DNA of 64,000 bases. Origin: Candidatus Latescibacterota bacterium. Its GTDB lineage: Bacteria > Latescibacterota > UBA2968 > UBA8231. A program made the translations under genes and the position numbers. The notes under the pieces are model-generated. The model saw only the letters and a program-made list of their open reading frames with translations, was not told where the DNA came from and ran no database searches. Positions within the stretch are counted from its first letter, which is position 1. Each line of letters begins with the position of its first letter. Positions 17,845 through 32,579 of the stretch are shown piece by piece. The stretch lies in the NCBI GenBank assembly GCA_965221775.1, contig CBDCSU010000006.1, forward strand, positions 1,952,001-2,016,000. The letters run 5' to 3'.

Positions 17845-18926
17845 CGGGATACGATGCGCAGGCGGTCGCCGTCGGCCACCTGCTGCTGGCCGACGACGAT
17901 CAGGCGGTCCGCCGGGGACAGGCCCGAGGTGGCCACCACCTCGTCGCCGCCCGAGGCGCCGAGGGTGACGGGGCGGGCCCGGGCGACGGGGCCTTCACCG
18001 CCGTCGCCGGCGACGAAGGCGGTGAAGCCTTCCTCGGTGCGGACCAGGGCCTGGTTCGGCACCACGATGGCCCCGGGATGGACCTCCAGCACGAGCATCA
18101 CCTCGGCGACCATGGCCGGCTTGGCCCCGGCCACGGCGCGCTCGAGGGCGAGCTCGACGGGGAAGGTGCGGTGGCGGCCGTCGACGGCGGCCCCCACGTA
18201 GGTCACCGTGGCCGCGCAGGTGTCTCCGAGGTCGGCGAAGGCGACCGTCGCCCGGTCGCCGGTGCTCACGTCCGCGGCGTAGCGCTCCGGGACGCCGGCG
18301 GTCACCTTGAGGGGCTCCAGGTCGAGGATGTGGGCCACCGCCTGGCCCGGGGCGACGACCGAGCCGACCTCCACGAGGCGGCGGTCGAGGAGGCCATCGA
18401 AAGGCGCCCGCACCACCGTGCGCCGGAGCCGCGCCTCGATCAGCTCCAGCCGGGCCTGGCTCTGCTCGGCGGCGAGACGGGCCTCGACGTACTCCCCCTC
18501 GGTGCCGACGCGTTCCTCCTCGAAGAGCCGCTTCCGGCGCACCCAGCGGTCGGCTGCCAGGGCCGACTGGGCCTGCGCCTCGCCGCGCTGGGCGCGCAGC
18601 AGCTCGTCGTCGAGCCGGACCAGCGCCTGGCCGCGGCGCACCTTCTCGCCCTTGTCGGCCAGGATCGCGGCCACCGTCCCGCCCTCCTCGGCGCCGACCG
18701 TCACCTGGCGGTCGGCGCCGACCGTGCCGGTGAGGCGGATCATGTCGGTGAAGGGCCGCGCCTCGAGGATCTCGACTTCGACGTTGATGATGCGCCGGGT
18801 GTCGGGCGCGGTGGACTCGTCGTCGGCGGGCGCGTCCCCACAGCCTCCGAGGGCGAGCAGGGCCGCGGCGGCGGCCGGCGGAAGGGCGCCTCGGACGCGG
18901 CGCCACCAGGGCAGGGGATTCCTCAC
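17841..18926 (-). CDS. RND periplasmic adaptor (membrane fusion protein), lipoprotein
   Basis: Lipobox LGGC; 'GTV..I..DKGEKVRRGQALVRLD', 'VRAPFDG', 'VPE'; ATGA overlaps on both sides. Confidence 0.92.
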   Translation of the reverse strand: MRNPLPWWRRVRGALPPAAAAALLALGGCGDAPADDESTAPDTRRIINVEVEILEARPFTDMIRLTGTVGADRQVTVGAEEGGTVAAILADKGEKVRRGQALVRLDDELLRAQRGEAQAQSALAADRWVRRKRLFEEERVGTEGEYVEARLAAEQSQARLELIEARLRRTVVRAPFDGLLDRRLVEVGSVVAPGQAVAHILDLEPLKVTAGVPERYAADVSTGDRATVAFADLGDTCAATVTYVGAAVDGRHRTFPVELALERAVAGAKPAMVAEVMLVLEVHPGAIVVPNQALVRTEEGFTAFVAGDGGEGPVARARPVTLGASGGDEVVATSGLSPADRLIVVGQQQVADGDRLRIVSR

Positions 18927-20995
18927 TCCATCTCCTCCGGGTCGAGTGCGGGCTCGCCGTCGACGGGGGACACCCGTCCGATGGCGAGGCCCAACTGGGC
19001 CCGCCTGGCGAGCCGGTCGTGGGCCGCCTGGGCCATGTTGAACTCGCTGCGCCGCAGGGCGACCTCGGCATCGGTCACCTCGAGCTGGCTGCCGAGGCCC
19101 TCGCGGAAGCGGGCGCTGGCGATCTCGAACCCCCGCCGGGCCTGGGCCACGGCGAGGCGCTGGCCTTCCTGGCGCCGGCCGGCCTCGGCCAGCGCCGCCT
19201 CCAGGTCACGGACCTGGACCGCCGCCTGATCGCGGGCCATCTGGGTACGGACCTGGGCCTGGCGCAGGGCGGCCTGCCTCTGGTCGATGCGCGCGTCCCG
19301 CTGCAGGCCGCTGAACAGGGGCAGCTCCACGGAGAGGCCGGCCATCTTGCTGGTGGCGCGGTTGCGGGCGCTGCCGAAGAAGTCGGGTCTTCCGTCCTGC
19401 TGCGCCTGCACGTCCCAGGTGGCGAAGAGGGAGAGCTTGGGCAGGTACTCCGCCTGCTCGATCCGCACCTGCCTCCGGCTCAGCTCGGCGGTCTGCTCGA
19501 GCTGGCGCACGTCGGAGCGGTGAGCCAGCGCCGTCTGCACCAGGTCCCCGTCCGGCAACTCCCGGCCGGAGTCGGCCGTGGTGAGGGATGCGCTCCCGGA
19601 CAACCGCAGCCGGCCGGGGTCGTCGAGGGCCAGCTCCAGGCCCAGGCGCCGGCGCGCCGAGTCCCTGGCGTTGCGGGCCTTCAGCAGCTCCGGCTCGAGG
19701 TTGGCCAGCTCGACCTCCAGCCGCAGCACGTCGTAATCGGAGGCCAGGCCCGCCCGGGCCCGGGCGCGGGTCTCGTCGAGGGCCTGCCGCAGGCGGTCCA
19801 GGGACCGCTCGGTGAGGCGCACCTCCTCTCCGCGCAGCAGCAGGTCGAAGCAGAGGAGGCGCACCCGCGTCGCCACCTGCTGCGACTGGCCGCGCACCAT
19901 TTCCGTCCGCAGCCGCAGGTAGTCGCCGGCGGCTCCGAGGCCGACGAGGGCTCTCGGGTCGAACAGCGGCTGCCGCAGAGTGACGGCGCTCTGCCAGCTG
20001 TTGTCGGCGCCGAACTCCAGGGAGATGAACTCCCCCTCCGGGGCCGCGGGATTGAAGAATCTCGCCGGCACGAAGGAGACGGGCGGCGAGATGTTGCGCG
20101 CGTAACGGGCCGAGAAGTCAACGCGGGGCCAGACCTCTCCCCAGGCTTCGGAGGCCCGCTCCTCGGCCTCGGTCACGAGCAGCCGCGCCTCCGCCATCTC
20201 GCGGCCCCGGTCCAGGGCCAGCTCCACCACCTCGTCGATGCTCAGCTGCAACTCGCCGCCCGGGGGAGTGTCCTCCGCGACAACCGGCGCCCCCCAGCCC
20301 ATGAGGAGCCAGGTCAGCACGGACGAGGCCCGGGCGCGCAGCCGGCCCTTGCCGCCGGAGGCGGCTGCCGCCTCTGACTGCGAGAGATCCGCCATGGCCC
20401 GGTCCATCTCCACCTCGTAGGCGGGGGTGGCCATGCCGGTGATCGCCCGCCGGCTGGAGGCCCGGTAGTGGCGGCGGAACTCCCCGGCGTCCATCTGCAG
20501 GCAGCCGCGCAGGTAGATGGAGATCAGGCCGTGGGCGTGGGCCCACAAGGTGCAGGAGACGTCGGCGGGGTCGAGGGGCTGGAAGAGGCCGGCGTCGATG
20601 CACTCGCGCACACGGTCGTTGAAGAACCGGCCGACGCTGGCGACCTGCTCCGTCACCTGCTCGGGGAACTCGTCCACGCCGAGGGTGTGGGCGGGGGTGT
20701 AGAGCATCTCGTAGTACTTCGGCTGATCGAGGGCGAAGTCGAGGTAGGCCTGGCCCGCCAGGTAGAGGCGCTCGGCGGGGGTGCGGCCCGAAAGGGCGCC
20801 GTAGAGCCGCTCGCTCAGCCGCCGGTAGGCTTCGGCGACGACGTCGAGGAGCATCGCCTCGCGGCTGTCGTAGTGACGGTAGAGGGCCGGCGCCGTGACC
20901 CCCAGGTCGCGGGCCAGCCGGCGCATGGAGACGGCCTCGGCGCCGCCCTCCAGGTAGAGCTCGCAGGCTCTCGTGAGGATATCCGTGCGGTCCAT
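18923..20995 (-). CDS. In-frame fusion of a TetR-family regulator (aa about 1-196) and a TolC-family outer-membrane factor
   Basis: TetR HTH 'SMRRLARDLGVTAPALYRHY', C-terminal 'WAHAHG'; then a signal-like segment and OMF motifs (LRQPLF, YDVLRLEVEL, AEYLPKLSL, LPLFSG, RFREGLGSQLEVTDAE); no intervening stop. Confidence 0.85.
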   Translation of the reverse strand: MDRTDILTRACELYLEGGAEAVSMRRLARDLGVTAPALYRHYDSREAMLLDVVAEAYRRLSERLYGALSGRTPAERLYLAGQAYLDFALDQPKYYEMLYTPAHTLGVDEFPEQVTEQVASVGRFFNDRVRECIDAGLFQPLDPADVSCTLWAHAHGLISIYLRGCLQMDAGEFRRHYRASSRRAITGMATPAYEVEMDRAMADLSQSEAAAASGGKGRLRARASSVLTWLLMGWGAPVVAEDTPPGGELQLSIDEVVELALDRGREMAEARLLVTEAEERASEAWGEVWPRVDFSARYARNISPPVSFVPARFFNPAAPEGEFISLEFGADNSWQSAVTLRQPLFDPRALVGLGAAGDYLRLRTEMVRGQSQQVATRVRLLCFDLLLRGEEVRLTERSLDRLRQALDETRARARAGLASDYDVLRLEVELANLEPELLKARNARDSARRRLGLELALDDPGRLRLSGSASLTTADSGRELPDGDLVQTALAHRSDVRQLEQTAELSRRQVRIEQAEYLPKLSLFATWDVQAQQDGRPDFFGSARNRATSKMAGLSVELPLFSGLQRDARIDQRQAALRQAQVRTQMARDQAAVQVRDLEAALAEAGRRQEGQRLAVAQARRGFEIASARFREGLGSQLEVTDAEVALRRSEFNMAQAAHDRLARRAQLGLAIGRVSPVDGEPALDPEEME

Positions 20996-20998
20996 GAG

Positions 20999-21067
20999 TG
21001 AACGATGTTAACTGGAGGTCCCCACCTTGTCAACAGGGTGAGGGGGACTTCTTGTTAAACGTGTTCA
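20999..21067 (-). promoter_or_regulatory. Sigma70 promoter TTGACA-17-TAACAT with two inverted candidate TetR operators
   Basis: -35 at 21028-21033, -10 at 21005-21010; TGAACGATGTTAA (20999-21011) and TTAAACGTGTTCA (21055-21067). Confidence 0.7.
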
Positions 21068-21090
21068 GCGGATGTCGGGAGGGGCGGGCT

Positions 21091-21537
21091 TCAGGACCCG
21101 AGCACGGCCATGCAGCACTTCTTGAACTTCCGGCCGCTGCCGCAGGGACAGGGGTCGTTGCGGCCGGTGACGGCGCCGCGGCGCCGCACGGTCTCGCCCC
21201 GGACGCTGCCGTCCCGGCGAAAGGCGGCCTGGTAGCCGGTCTCCATGGAATCCACCCGCCGCGCCCACTCCCCGCCCAGGGGGAACCGTCCCGTGACCGG
21301 CAGGTACTCGAGGAACTCCCTGAGCAGGCGCGGGAAGGCGCGCCGCTGCGCCAGGGGCGCGTCGAGCCGGGCGACGCTCTTCAGGGCGCGTTCCATGGCC
21401 TCCTCGGAGACCACGTCGCCCACCTGCTCGCACCAGTGCCCCAGCAGGGGCTCGGCGCCGTCCTTCAGGTGGTCGTCCAGCAGCAGGAAGTGCTGCGAAC
21501 CGGCGAAGGCGCCGACCTCGTCGGTGAGCCTGGACAT
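21091..21537 (-). CDS. SEC-C metal-binding motif protein
   Basis: C-terminal [18 protein letters not shown]. Confidence 0.8.
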   Translation of the reverse strand: MSRLTDEVGAFAGSQHFLLLDDHLKDGAEPLLGHWCEQVGDVVSEEAMERALKSVARLDAPLAQRRAFPRLLREFLEYLPVTGRFPLGGEWARRVDSMETGYQAAFRRDGSVRGETVRRRGAVTGRNDPCPCGSGRKFKKCCMAVLGS

Positions 21538-21555
21538 GTGATCGGGGGGCCGGCC

Positions 21556-23043
21556 TCAGGGCAAGCTGGTGGCGCCCATCAGGTAGCGGTCACACTCGCG
21601 GGCGGCCTCGCGGCCCTCCTTGAAGGCCCAAACCACGAGGCTCATGCCGCGGCGCACGTCGCCGGCGGCGAAGACGCCGGGGACGCTGGTGGCGTACCGG
21701 CCCTCCTCGGCCTTGACGTTGGAGCGCGGGTCCCGCTCCAGGGACAGGGCGTCGGGCAGGGTGTCCTGCGGGCCCAGCCAGCCCATGGAGAGCAGCACCA
21801 GCTCCGCCGGCCACTCCTTCTCGGTGCCGGGCACCTCGCGGAAGGGGCGGCCGTCATCCGGCACCCACTCCACGTCACGGGTCACCAGGCCGCGGAGGCG
21901 GCCGCCGCCGTCGTCGAGGAGTTCCACCGTGCTCAGCAGGTACTTCCGGGGGTCGTCGCCGAAGAGGGCGGCGGCCTCCTCCTGGCCGTAGTCGAGGTTG
22001 TAGACCTTGGGCCACTCCGGCCAGGGGTTGCCGGCGGTGCGCTCGTCCGGGGGCGCCGGGATGATGTCGAACTGGAAGAGGCTGCGGCAGCCGTGGCGCA
22101 GGGAGGTGCCGACGCAGTCGGTCCCCGTGTCCCCGCCCCCGAGGACGATCACGTTCTTGTCCTTCGCCGAGATGTACTCCCCGTCTTCCAGTCCCGAGTC
22201 GAGGAGGGACTTGGTGTTGACGTGCAGGAAGTCCAGGGCCTGGTGCACGCCCGCGAGCCCGCGCCCCGGCACGTCCAGGTCGCGCGGCTTCAGGGCCCCG
22301 GTGCACAGCACCACGGCGTCGAAGCCGTCCACGAGGTGCTGCGCCTCCACGTCGAAGCCGACCTCGGTGTTGGTCACGAAGACGACGCCCTCGGCCGCCA
22401 TCTGGTCGATCCGCCGCTGCACGAGGCGCTTGTCCAGCTTCATGTTGGGGATGCCGTACATCAGCAGCCCGCCGGGGCGGTCGGAACGCTCGTACACGGT
22501 GACCCGGTGGCCGGCGCGGTTGAGCTGCATGGCGCAGGAGAGCCCCGCCGGTCCTGAGCCGACCACGGCCACCCGCTTGCCCGTGCGTCGATCGGGCGGC
22601 TCCGGGACCACCCAGCCCTCGTCCCAGGCCTTGTCGATGATCGAGACCTCGATGTTCTTGATCGTCACCGCCGGCTCGTTGATCCCCAGCACGCACGATC
22701 CCTCGCAGGGGGCCGGACAGACCCGCCCGGTGAACTCGGGGAAGTTGTTGGTCTTGTGCAGGCGCTCGAGCGCCTCCTGCCACATGCCGCGGTAGACGAG
22801 GTCGTTCCACTCCGGGATCAGGTTGTTGATCGGGCAGCCCGAGGCGAAGGGCGAGTTCTCGGGCAGCGTGGTCCCGGTGTGGCAGAAGGGGATCCCGCAG
22901 TCCATGCAGCGGGCGCCCTGGTCGCGGATCCGCTCGTCGCCCAGGTGCAGGTGGAACTCGTCGAAGTCGCGCAGGCGCTCGACGGGGTCGCGGTCGGCGG
23001 GCAGCTCGCGCTCGAACTCCATGAATCCGGTGGGTTTGCCCAT
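21556..23043 (-). CDS. gltD: Glutamate synthase small subunit
   Basis: [56 protein letters not shown]. Confidence 0.97.
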   Translation of the reverse strand: MGKPTGFMEFERELPADRDPVERLRDFDEFHLHLGDERIRDQGARCMDCGIPFCHTGTTLPENSPFASGCPINNLIPEWNDLVYRGMWQEALERLHKTNNFPEFTGRVCPAPCEGSCVLGINEPAVTIKNIEVSIIDKAWDEGWVVPEPPDRRTGKRVAVVGSGPAGLSCAMQLNRAGHRVTVYERSDRPGGLLMYGIPNMKLDKRLVQRRIDQMAAEGVVFVTNTEVGFDVEAQHLVDGFDAVVLCTGALKPRDLDVPGRGLAGVHQALDFLHVNTKSLLDSGLEDGEYISAKDKNVIVLGGGDTGTDCVGTSLRHGCRSLFQFDIIPAPPDERTAGNPWPEWPKVYNLDYGQEEAAALFGDDPRKYLLSTVELLDDGGGRLRGLVTRDVEWVPDDGRPFREVPGTEKEWPAELVLLSMGWLGPQDTLPDALSLERDPRSNVKAEEGRYATSVPGVFAAGDVRRGMSLVVWAFKEGREAARECDRYLMGATSLP

Positions 23044-23054
23044 CGTTCTCTCGC

Positions 23055-27662
<4,608 letters not shown>

Positions 27663-27736
27663 TGGAGGTCCTTTGGGGAGGCGCCCTTGCGTGGGAGGAG
27701 GGGCGCGTAGGGCTCGTTTCTCGAAGTGAAGGGCGT

Positions 27737-27765
27737 AACATAGTCTCGGCAGAGGATGATGTCAA
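27737..27765 (-). promoter_or_regulatory. Sigma70 promoter of gltBD (TTGACA-17-TATGTT)
   Basis: Consensus -35 with 17-bp spacing about 75 bp upstream of gltB. Confidence 0.65.
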
Positions 27766-27874
27766 CGGTCCTCTTGCCAGGATTCGGGGTGGAATCGGTT
27801 GGTTAGGTCTACCATAATGGCGATGAATGGCCTAAATTGGTCGTTTCCACCTATTCAAAGGTACAAATGAGGCC

Positions 27875-28450
27875 ATGCATGATCTCGACGAGCAGGAGCG
27901 GCTCATCCTTCGTGCGCTGATCCGCAGTCCCCGGGCCCCCGAAAACCGCATCGCCAGGGAGACCGGGGTTCCGGTGCGCTCGGTGCGGCGCAAGCGCCAG
28001 CGGCTCGAGGAGCGGGGGGTCCTGAAGTACTACGCGGCCGTCGACCGCGAGGGTTCCCCGGACTCCGGGCGTACCACCCAGCACATGGTCATCATCAAGT
28101 TCCGGCTGGGTGTGACCCGGGCCCAGGTCGAGCAGGAGATCCGCGAGGAGCCCAACGTGGCCAACGTGTTCTCCGAGCTCATCCGCGACAGCTACCTCGC
28201 CGAGACCGACGGCCACATCGCCCTGGTCATGGTCGTGGAGGGAGCCTCCGACTCGGACGTGACCGACAGCCTCCAGGCTCAGATCATCCCGTCGATCCGC
28301 AGCAACCACGGCCAGGACTGCATCCAGGAAGTGCGGACCATGCGCGTTCTCGGGCTGATCCGGCGCGAGCACAACTACCTGCCCGCGGTCAACATGGAGG
28401 GAGCCCAGCTGGCCGCCGACTGGCCGGACGAGGCGATCTACGTGGGATGA
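27875..28450 (+). CDS. Lrp/AsnC-like transcriptional regulator
   Basis: 'LDEQERLILRAL..PRAP..RIARETG..SVRRKRQRLEERGVL' HTH; divergent from gltB. Confidence 0.8.
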   Translation: MHDLDEQERLILRALIRSPRAPENRIARETGVPVRSVRRKRQRLEERGVLKYYAAVDREGSPDSGRTTQHMVIIKFRLGVTRAQVEQEIREEPNVANVFSELIRDSYLAETDGHIALVMVVEGASDSDVTDSLQAQIIPSIRSNHGQDCIQEVRTMRVLGLIRREHNYLPAVNMEGAQLAADWPDEAIYVG

Positions 28451-28478
28451 GGGGAGGCGATGCGCCCCGCCCCCGCCG

Positions 28479-29822
28479 TCAGGTGAAGACGTAGCGGATG
28501 ACGAAGAGGGCGCTGAGCACCCAGAGAGCCGGCCCCAGCCGGCCCGCCCGGCCGCGCACGACGGCCAGGAGCGTGTAGGACAGCAGCCCGGCGGCGATGC
28601 CCTCGGAGATCGAGTAGGTCAGGGGCATGGCGGCGATCGTCAGGAAGGCGGGCACCGCCTCGGCGTAGTCGGTGAAGTCGATGCGGGTCACCGGCTCCAT
28701 CATGAAGACGCCGACGAGCACCAGCACCGGCGCCGTGGCCACCGCCGGCACGTGGCTCACGAGGGGCGCGAAGAACAGGGCCACCAGGAACAGGGCCGCC
28801 GTGGTCAGCGCCGTCAGCCCGGTGCGGCCCCCGTCGGCAACGCCGGAGGCGCTCTCGACGTAGGTGGTGGTGGTGTTGGTCCCGAAGAGGGCTCCCGACA
28901 TGGTGGCCAGCGAGTCGGCCATGAACGCCCTGCGGACGCGCGGCAGCCGTCCCTGCTCGTCGAGGTAGCCGACCTTCTGCGCCAGGCCCACGAGGGTGCC
29001 GGTGGTGTCGAAGAGATCGACGAAGGTGAAGGTGAGGATCACCGTCAGCAGGCCGGCGCCCGTGAGCGCCGCGAAGTCCAGGGCGAGGAAGGTCTCGCCC
29101 AGCCCCGAGGGCCAGCTGACGATGCCCCCCGAGCCGCTCCCGCTCACTCCCAGGGGCAGGCCGAGAAGCGTGGTGACGGCCATGCCCCACAGCAGCGCAC
29201 CCCGGACGCGGCGCACGACGAGGGCCGCCGTGACCGCCAGCCCCGCCAGGGCCAGGCCGATGCTGGCCATGGAGGTGCCCGGCGGGAGCAGGGCCCGCAA
29301 CTCGGCGTCGACGAAGTAGCGGCCGTCCACCAGGCCGAGGCTGCCGGTGCCTGGATGGAAGACGACGAGGCCGGCGTTCTTCAGTCCGATGAGGGCGATG
29401 AAGAACCCGATCCCGACGCTGATGGCGCACTTCAGGCCCAGGGGGATCGCGTTGACCACCGCCTCCCGCAGCCGCGTGAGCGTGAGGCCGAGGAAGATCG
29501 CCCCCGAGACGAAGACCGCGGCCAGGGCCCCCTGCCAGGGCAGGCCCAGGGAGAGCACCACGGTGTAGGTGAAGAAGGCGTTCAACCCCATGCCCGGAGC
29601 CAGGGCGAAGGGGTAGTTCGTCAACAGGCCCATTAGGGCGCTGCCCAACGCCGCCGCCAGGCACGTCGCCGCCAGGACCCCGTCGGCCGGCATACCCGCC
29701 TGCGACAGGATGAGGGGATTCACCACGACGATGTAGGACATCGTCAGGAACGTGGTCACCCCGGCGCGGACCTCGCGCCGAACGGTGGTGCCGTGCTCTT
29801 CGAGTCGGAAGCGGGCGATCAT
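28479..29822 (-). CDS. NCS2/AzgA-family purine permease
   Basis: 'EVRAGVTTFLTMSYI..NP.IL', APGMGLNAFF, DLFDTTGT, YVESASG, GGRTGL. Confidence 0.93.
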   Translation of the reverse strand: MIARFRLEEHGTTVRREVRAGVTTFLTMSYIVVVNPLILSQAGMPADGVLAATCLAAALGSALMGLLTNYPFALAPGMGLNAFFTYTVVLSLGLPWQGALAAVFVSGAIFLGLTLTRLREAVVNAIPLGLKCAISVGIGFFIALIGLKNAGLVVFHPGTGSLGLVDGRYFVDAELRALLPPGTSMASIGLALAGLAVTAALVVRRVRGALLWGMAVTTLLGLPLGVSGSGSGGIVSWPSGLGETFLALDFAALTGAGLLTVILTFTFVDLFDTTGTLVGLAQKVGYLDEQGRLPRVRRAFMADSLATMSGALFGTNTTTTYVESASGVADGGRTGLTALTTAALFLVALFFAPLVSHVPAVATAPVLVLVGVFMMEPVTRIDFTDYAEAVPAFLTIAAMPLTYSISEGIAAGLLSYTLLAVVRGRAGRLGPALWVLSALFVIRYVFT

Positions 29823-29852
29823 GACGGGCCGGGCGCTGAAGCTGCCCCCGGA

Positions 29853-30158
29853 TCAGCGGCGGGCCACGAGCTTGTCGTGGTATTTCTTGAGTTGGGACTC
29901 GACGCGGTGGGCGGCGTCGTCGACGGCCTTGAAGAGGTTGTTGTCCGAGGTCTCCCCCTTGCCCACGATCCGCTGGTTGGGAACCTTGACGATGATCTCC
30001 ACGGACGTGGCGTGCCGGTGTTTCTCCTGCGTGTCGAGGATGACCTCGGTGTCGACAATGCGGTCGAAGAACTGGTCGAACTTGCCGCAGACCCCCTCGA
30101 TGTGCTCCTTCGTCGACTCGGACAGCTTCGTGCTCTTGGCATCGATTCGCACAGCCAT
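29853..30158 (-). CDS. hpf: Ribosome hibernation promoting factor (short HPF/RaiA type)
   Basis: 'LSESTKEHIE..KFDQFFDRI..EVIL..EIIVKVP..LFKAVDDAAHRVESQLKKYHDK'. Confidence 0.85.
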   Translation of the reverse strand: MAVRIDAKSTKLSESTKEHIEGVCGKFDQFFDRIVDTEVILDTQEKHRHATSVEIIVKVPNQRIVGKGETSDNNLFKAVDDAAHRVESQLKKYHDKLVARR

Positions 30159-30212
30159 GATGTCCTCCTCTTCGATGGTGTAGGTCCGGGACCGGCGGTC
30201 GGCCCCGGCGGG

Positions 30213-31190
30213 TCACACCTCGCTCACGGGAAAGTGCCGGACAAGGGGCTCCAGGTCCTGCCAGAAAGCCTCGGGGATCGAGGCGGATCCGGCTGCCGCG
30301 TTGGCCTCGGCCTCGGCGGGGGTTCGCGCCCCGGGGATGGTGGATGCCACCAGGGGATGGCGGGTGCACCACTGCAGCGCCGCGGCGTTCATGGCCACCC
30401 CGTGATCGGCGCAGAGCCCCTGGATGCGGGTGACGTGATCCATGACCTCGGGCGTGAAGCGCCTGGCGAGGTAGTTGCGCCCCCCCACCTGGCCGGTGGC
30501 CAGCAGTCCGCGCTCCAGGGGCGTGGCCCCCACGAGTCCCACGCCGTGCTTCTCCGCCGCCGGCAGGATGCGCTCGGCGGCGCGCTGGTTGAGCAGGCTC
30601 CAGCACTCGGGGATCACGGCGGCGTCGAAGGCCCCCGTCTCGATGTACTCCACGTTGGTAGCTGGTACATTGGAGGCCGTGCCCACCCAGGTCACCACGC
30701 CCTCGTCCTGCAACTGGCGCAGGGCCCCGAGGGTGCCGTCGCCGCCCATGACCCGCTCCATGGGCACGTCCATGGCGTCGTGGATGTAGAGCAGGTCGAA
30801 GCGCTCGAGGCCGAGGCGCTCGAGGCTCCCCTCCACGTGCCGCAGCACGGCGTCCCTGGAGTGGTCGATATCATTGTAGAGTTGCCCCACTTTCGTGGTC
30901 ACCGTCACGCGGGACTTCAGGTCGGGCCGCTGGCGCAGGGCGTCGCCGATCATCCTCTCCGACCCTGTGGCGAGGTAGAGAGGCGCGGTGTCGACGAGGG
31001 TGCAGCCGCCTTCGATGGCGGCGATCACCGCCTGGGCGCCCATCTCCGGATCGAGATCCACGTCCCAGGGAGCGCCGGGCACGGAGTAGGCCCGGGCGGC
31101 CTCGTTGGCGCCGGGAATGCCGAGGAAGGCGGTGCCCAGACCGACGATGGAAACCTCCAGGCCGGTCCGTCCGAGCTTCTTGGTTTGCAT
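30213..31190 (-). CDS. Aldo/keto reductase
   Basis: LGRTGLEVS, DTAPLY, SE..IG.AL, TTK, SLERLG..DLLYIH. Confidence 0.92.
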   Translation of the reverse strand: MQTKKLGRTGLEVSIVGLGTAFLGIPGANEAARAYSVPGAPWDVDLDPEMGAQAVIAAIEGGCTLVDTAPLYLATGSERMIGDALRQRPDLKSRVTVTTKVGQLYNDIDHSRDAVLRHVEGSLERLGLERFDLLYIHDAMDVPMERVMGGDGTLGALRQLQDEGVVTWVGTASNVPATNVEYIETGAFDAAVIPECWSLLNQRAAERILPAAEKHGVGLVGATPLERGLLATGQVGGRNYLARRFTPEVMDHVTRIQGLCADHGVAMNAAALQWCTRHPLVASTIPGARTPAEAEANAAAGSASIPEAFWQDLEPLVRHFPVSEV

Positions 31191-31253
31191 CTCGGGGCTC
31201 CTGGAGTGGAGTGGACGCCGGACAGCGTCCGCCCTCGAAGCCGTGGCCGCTCC

Positions 31254-32540
31254 TCAGCGCTGGCTCAGGGGCACGTAGCAGACCTCGGTCGGCCCGGTGT
31301 AGACCTGCCGCGGGCGGTGGATGCGGCCCTTGGTGACGAAGCGGTCCTCGTACCACTGGGCGATCCAGCCGGGCATGCGGCCCATGGCGAACATGACCGT
31401 GAACATGCTCGTGGGAATGCCCAGGGCGCGCAGGATCACGCCCGAGTAGAAGTCGACGTTCGGGTAGAGGCTGCGTTCCTTGAAGTAGTCGTCCGCCAGG
31501 GCGGCGCCTTCCAGCTCTTCGGCCAGTCCCAGCAGCGGATCGTCCCGCTGGATCTTTGCCAGCACCGCTTCGGCCTGCTTCTTGATGATCCTGGCCCTCG
31601 GGTCGAAGTTGCGGTACACACGGTGGCCGAAGCCCATGAGCCGGATGCCCGCCTTCTTGTCCTTCACCTCCTGAACGTAATCCTTCACCGAGATCCCCTG
31701 CTCGAGGATCGACTCGAGCATGCTCACCACGGCCACGTTGGCGCCGCCGTGGAGGCGGCCCCAGAGAGCGGAGACCCCCGCCGCCACCGAGGCGAAGAGG
31801 TTGGCCCCGGAGCTGCCCACCATGCGCACAGTCGAGGTGGAGCAGTTCTGCTCGTGGTCGGCGTGCAGCAGCAGCAGCACGTCCAGGGCCCGCACCAGGG
31901 CCGGGTCGGGCTCGTAGTCCCGGTAGGGCTCGGAGAACATCATGTGCAGGAAGTTCTCGCAGAAGTCCTTTTCCGGGTGCGGGTACACGAGGTAGTGGCC
32001 CATGTCGTGCTTGTACGAGTAGGCGGCGATGGTGCGCACCTTCGAGATGAGCCGGGCCGCCGCCTCTTCGAAGAGCTCCTCGTCCTCGGTGTCGAGCAGT
32101 TCGGGATAGAAGCAGGCCAGGGAGTTGAGCACCGCCGACAGCACCGCCATGGGCGGCGAGCCCGGGGGGAAGACCTCGAAGTGCTGGCGGAGCTGCTCGC
32201 GCAGGAACTGGTGGTGGGTCAGGTGACTGGTGAAGCGGTCGAGCTGCTCCCGCGTTGGCAGCCGGCCCCAGATCAGCAGGTGAGCGGCCTCGATGAAGGA
32301 GCTCTGCTCGGCCAGGTCCTCGATGGGGATGCCGCGGTAGCGGAGGATGCCGCGGTCGCCGTCGATGAAGGTGATGGAACTCTGGCAGGAGCCGGTGTTG
32401 CCGTAGCCTTCGTCGAGGGTGATGTAACCGGTCTGGTCGCGCAGCTTGCTGATGTCGATGGCGTGCTCGTTCTCGCTGCCCACGACGACGGGGAGGTCGA
32501 ACTTCTTCTCGCCAAGCTGCAGGTTGGCCGTTTCCGGCAT
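31254..32540 (-). CDS. gltA: Citrate synthase
   Basis: LHADHEQNCST, LHGGAN, MGFGHRVY, YPNVDFYSG. Confidence 0.97.
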   Translation of the reverse strand: MPETANLQLGEKKFDLPVVVGSENEHAIDISKLRDQTGYITLDEGYGNTGSCQSSITFIDGDRGILRYRGIPIEDLAEQSSFIEAAHLLIWGRLPTREQLDRFTSHLTHHQFLREQLRQHFEVFPPGSPPMAVLSAVLNSLACFYPELLDTEDEELFEEAAARLISKVRTIAAYSYKHDMGHYLVYPHPEKDFCENFLHMMFSEPYRDYEPDPALVRALDVLLLLHADHEQNCSTSTVRMVGSSGANLFASVAAGVSALWGRLHGGANVAVVSMLESILEQGISVKDYVQEVKDKKAGIRLMGFGHRVYRNFDPRARIIKKQAEAVLAKIQRDDPLLGLAEELEGAALADDYFKERSLYPNVDFYSGVILRALGIPTSMFTVMFAMGRMPGWIAQWYEDRFVTKGRIHRPRQVYTGPTEVCYVPLSQR

Positions 32541-32579
32541 TGGAGCCTCTTGCTGGTGTGTTGGGGGAGAGGGGATACC

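Noticed and set aside
14320-18201. Very long antisense and alternative-frame ORFs (for example 14320-18201 +, 23265-26732 +, 29793-33206 +, 50267-53587 -, 6021-9227 -)
   Set aside because: These are shadow ORFs expected from high-GC3 codon bias opposite or overlapping well-supported genes; they have no motifs.
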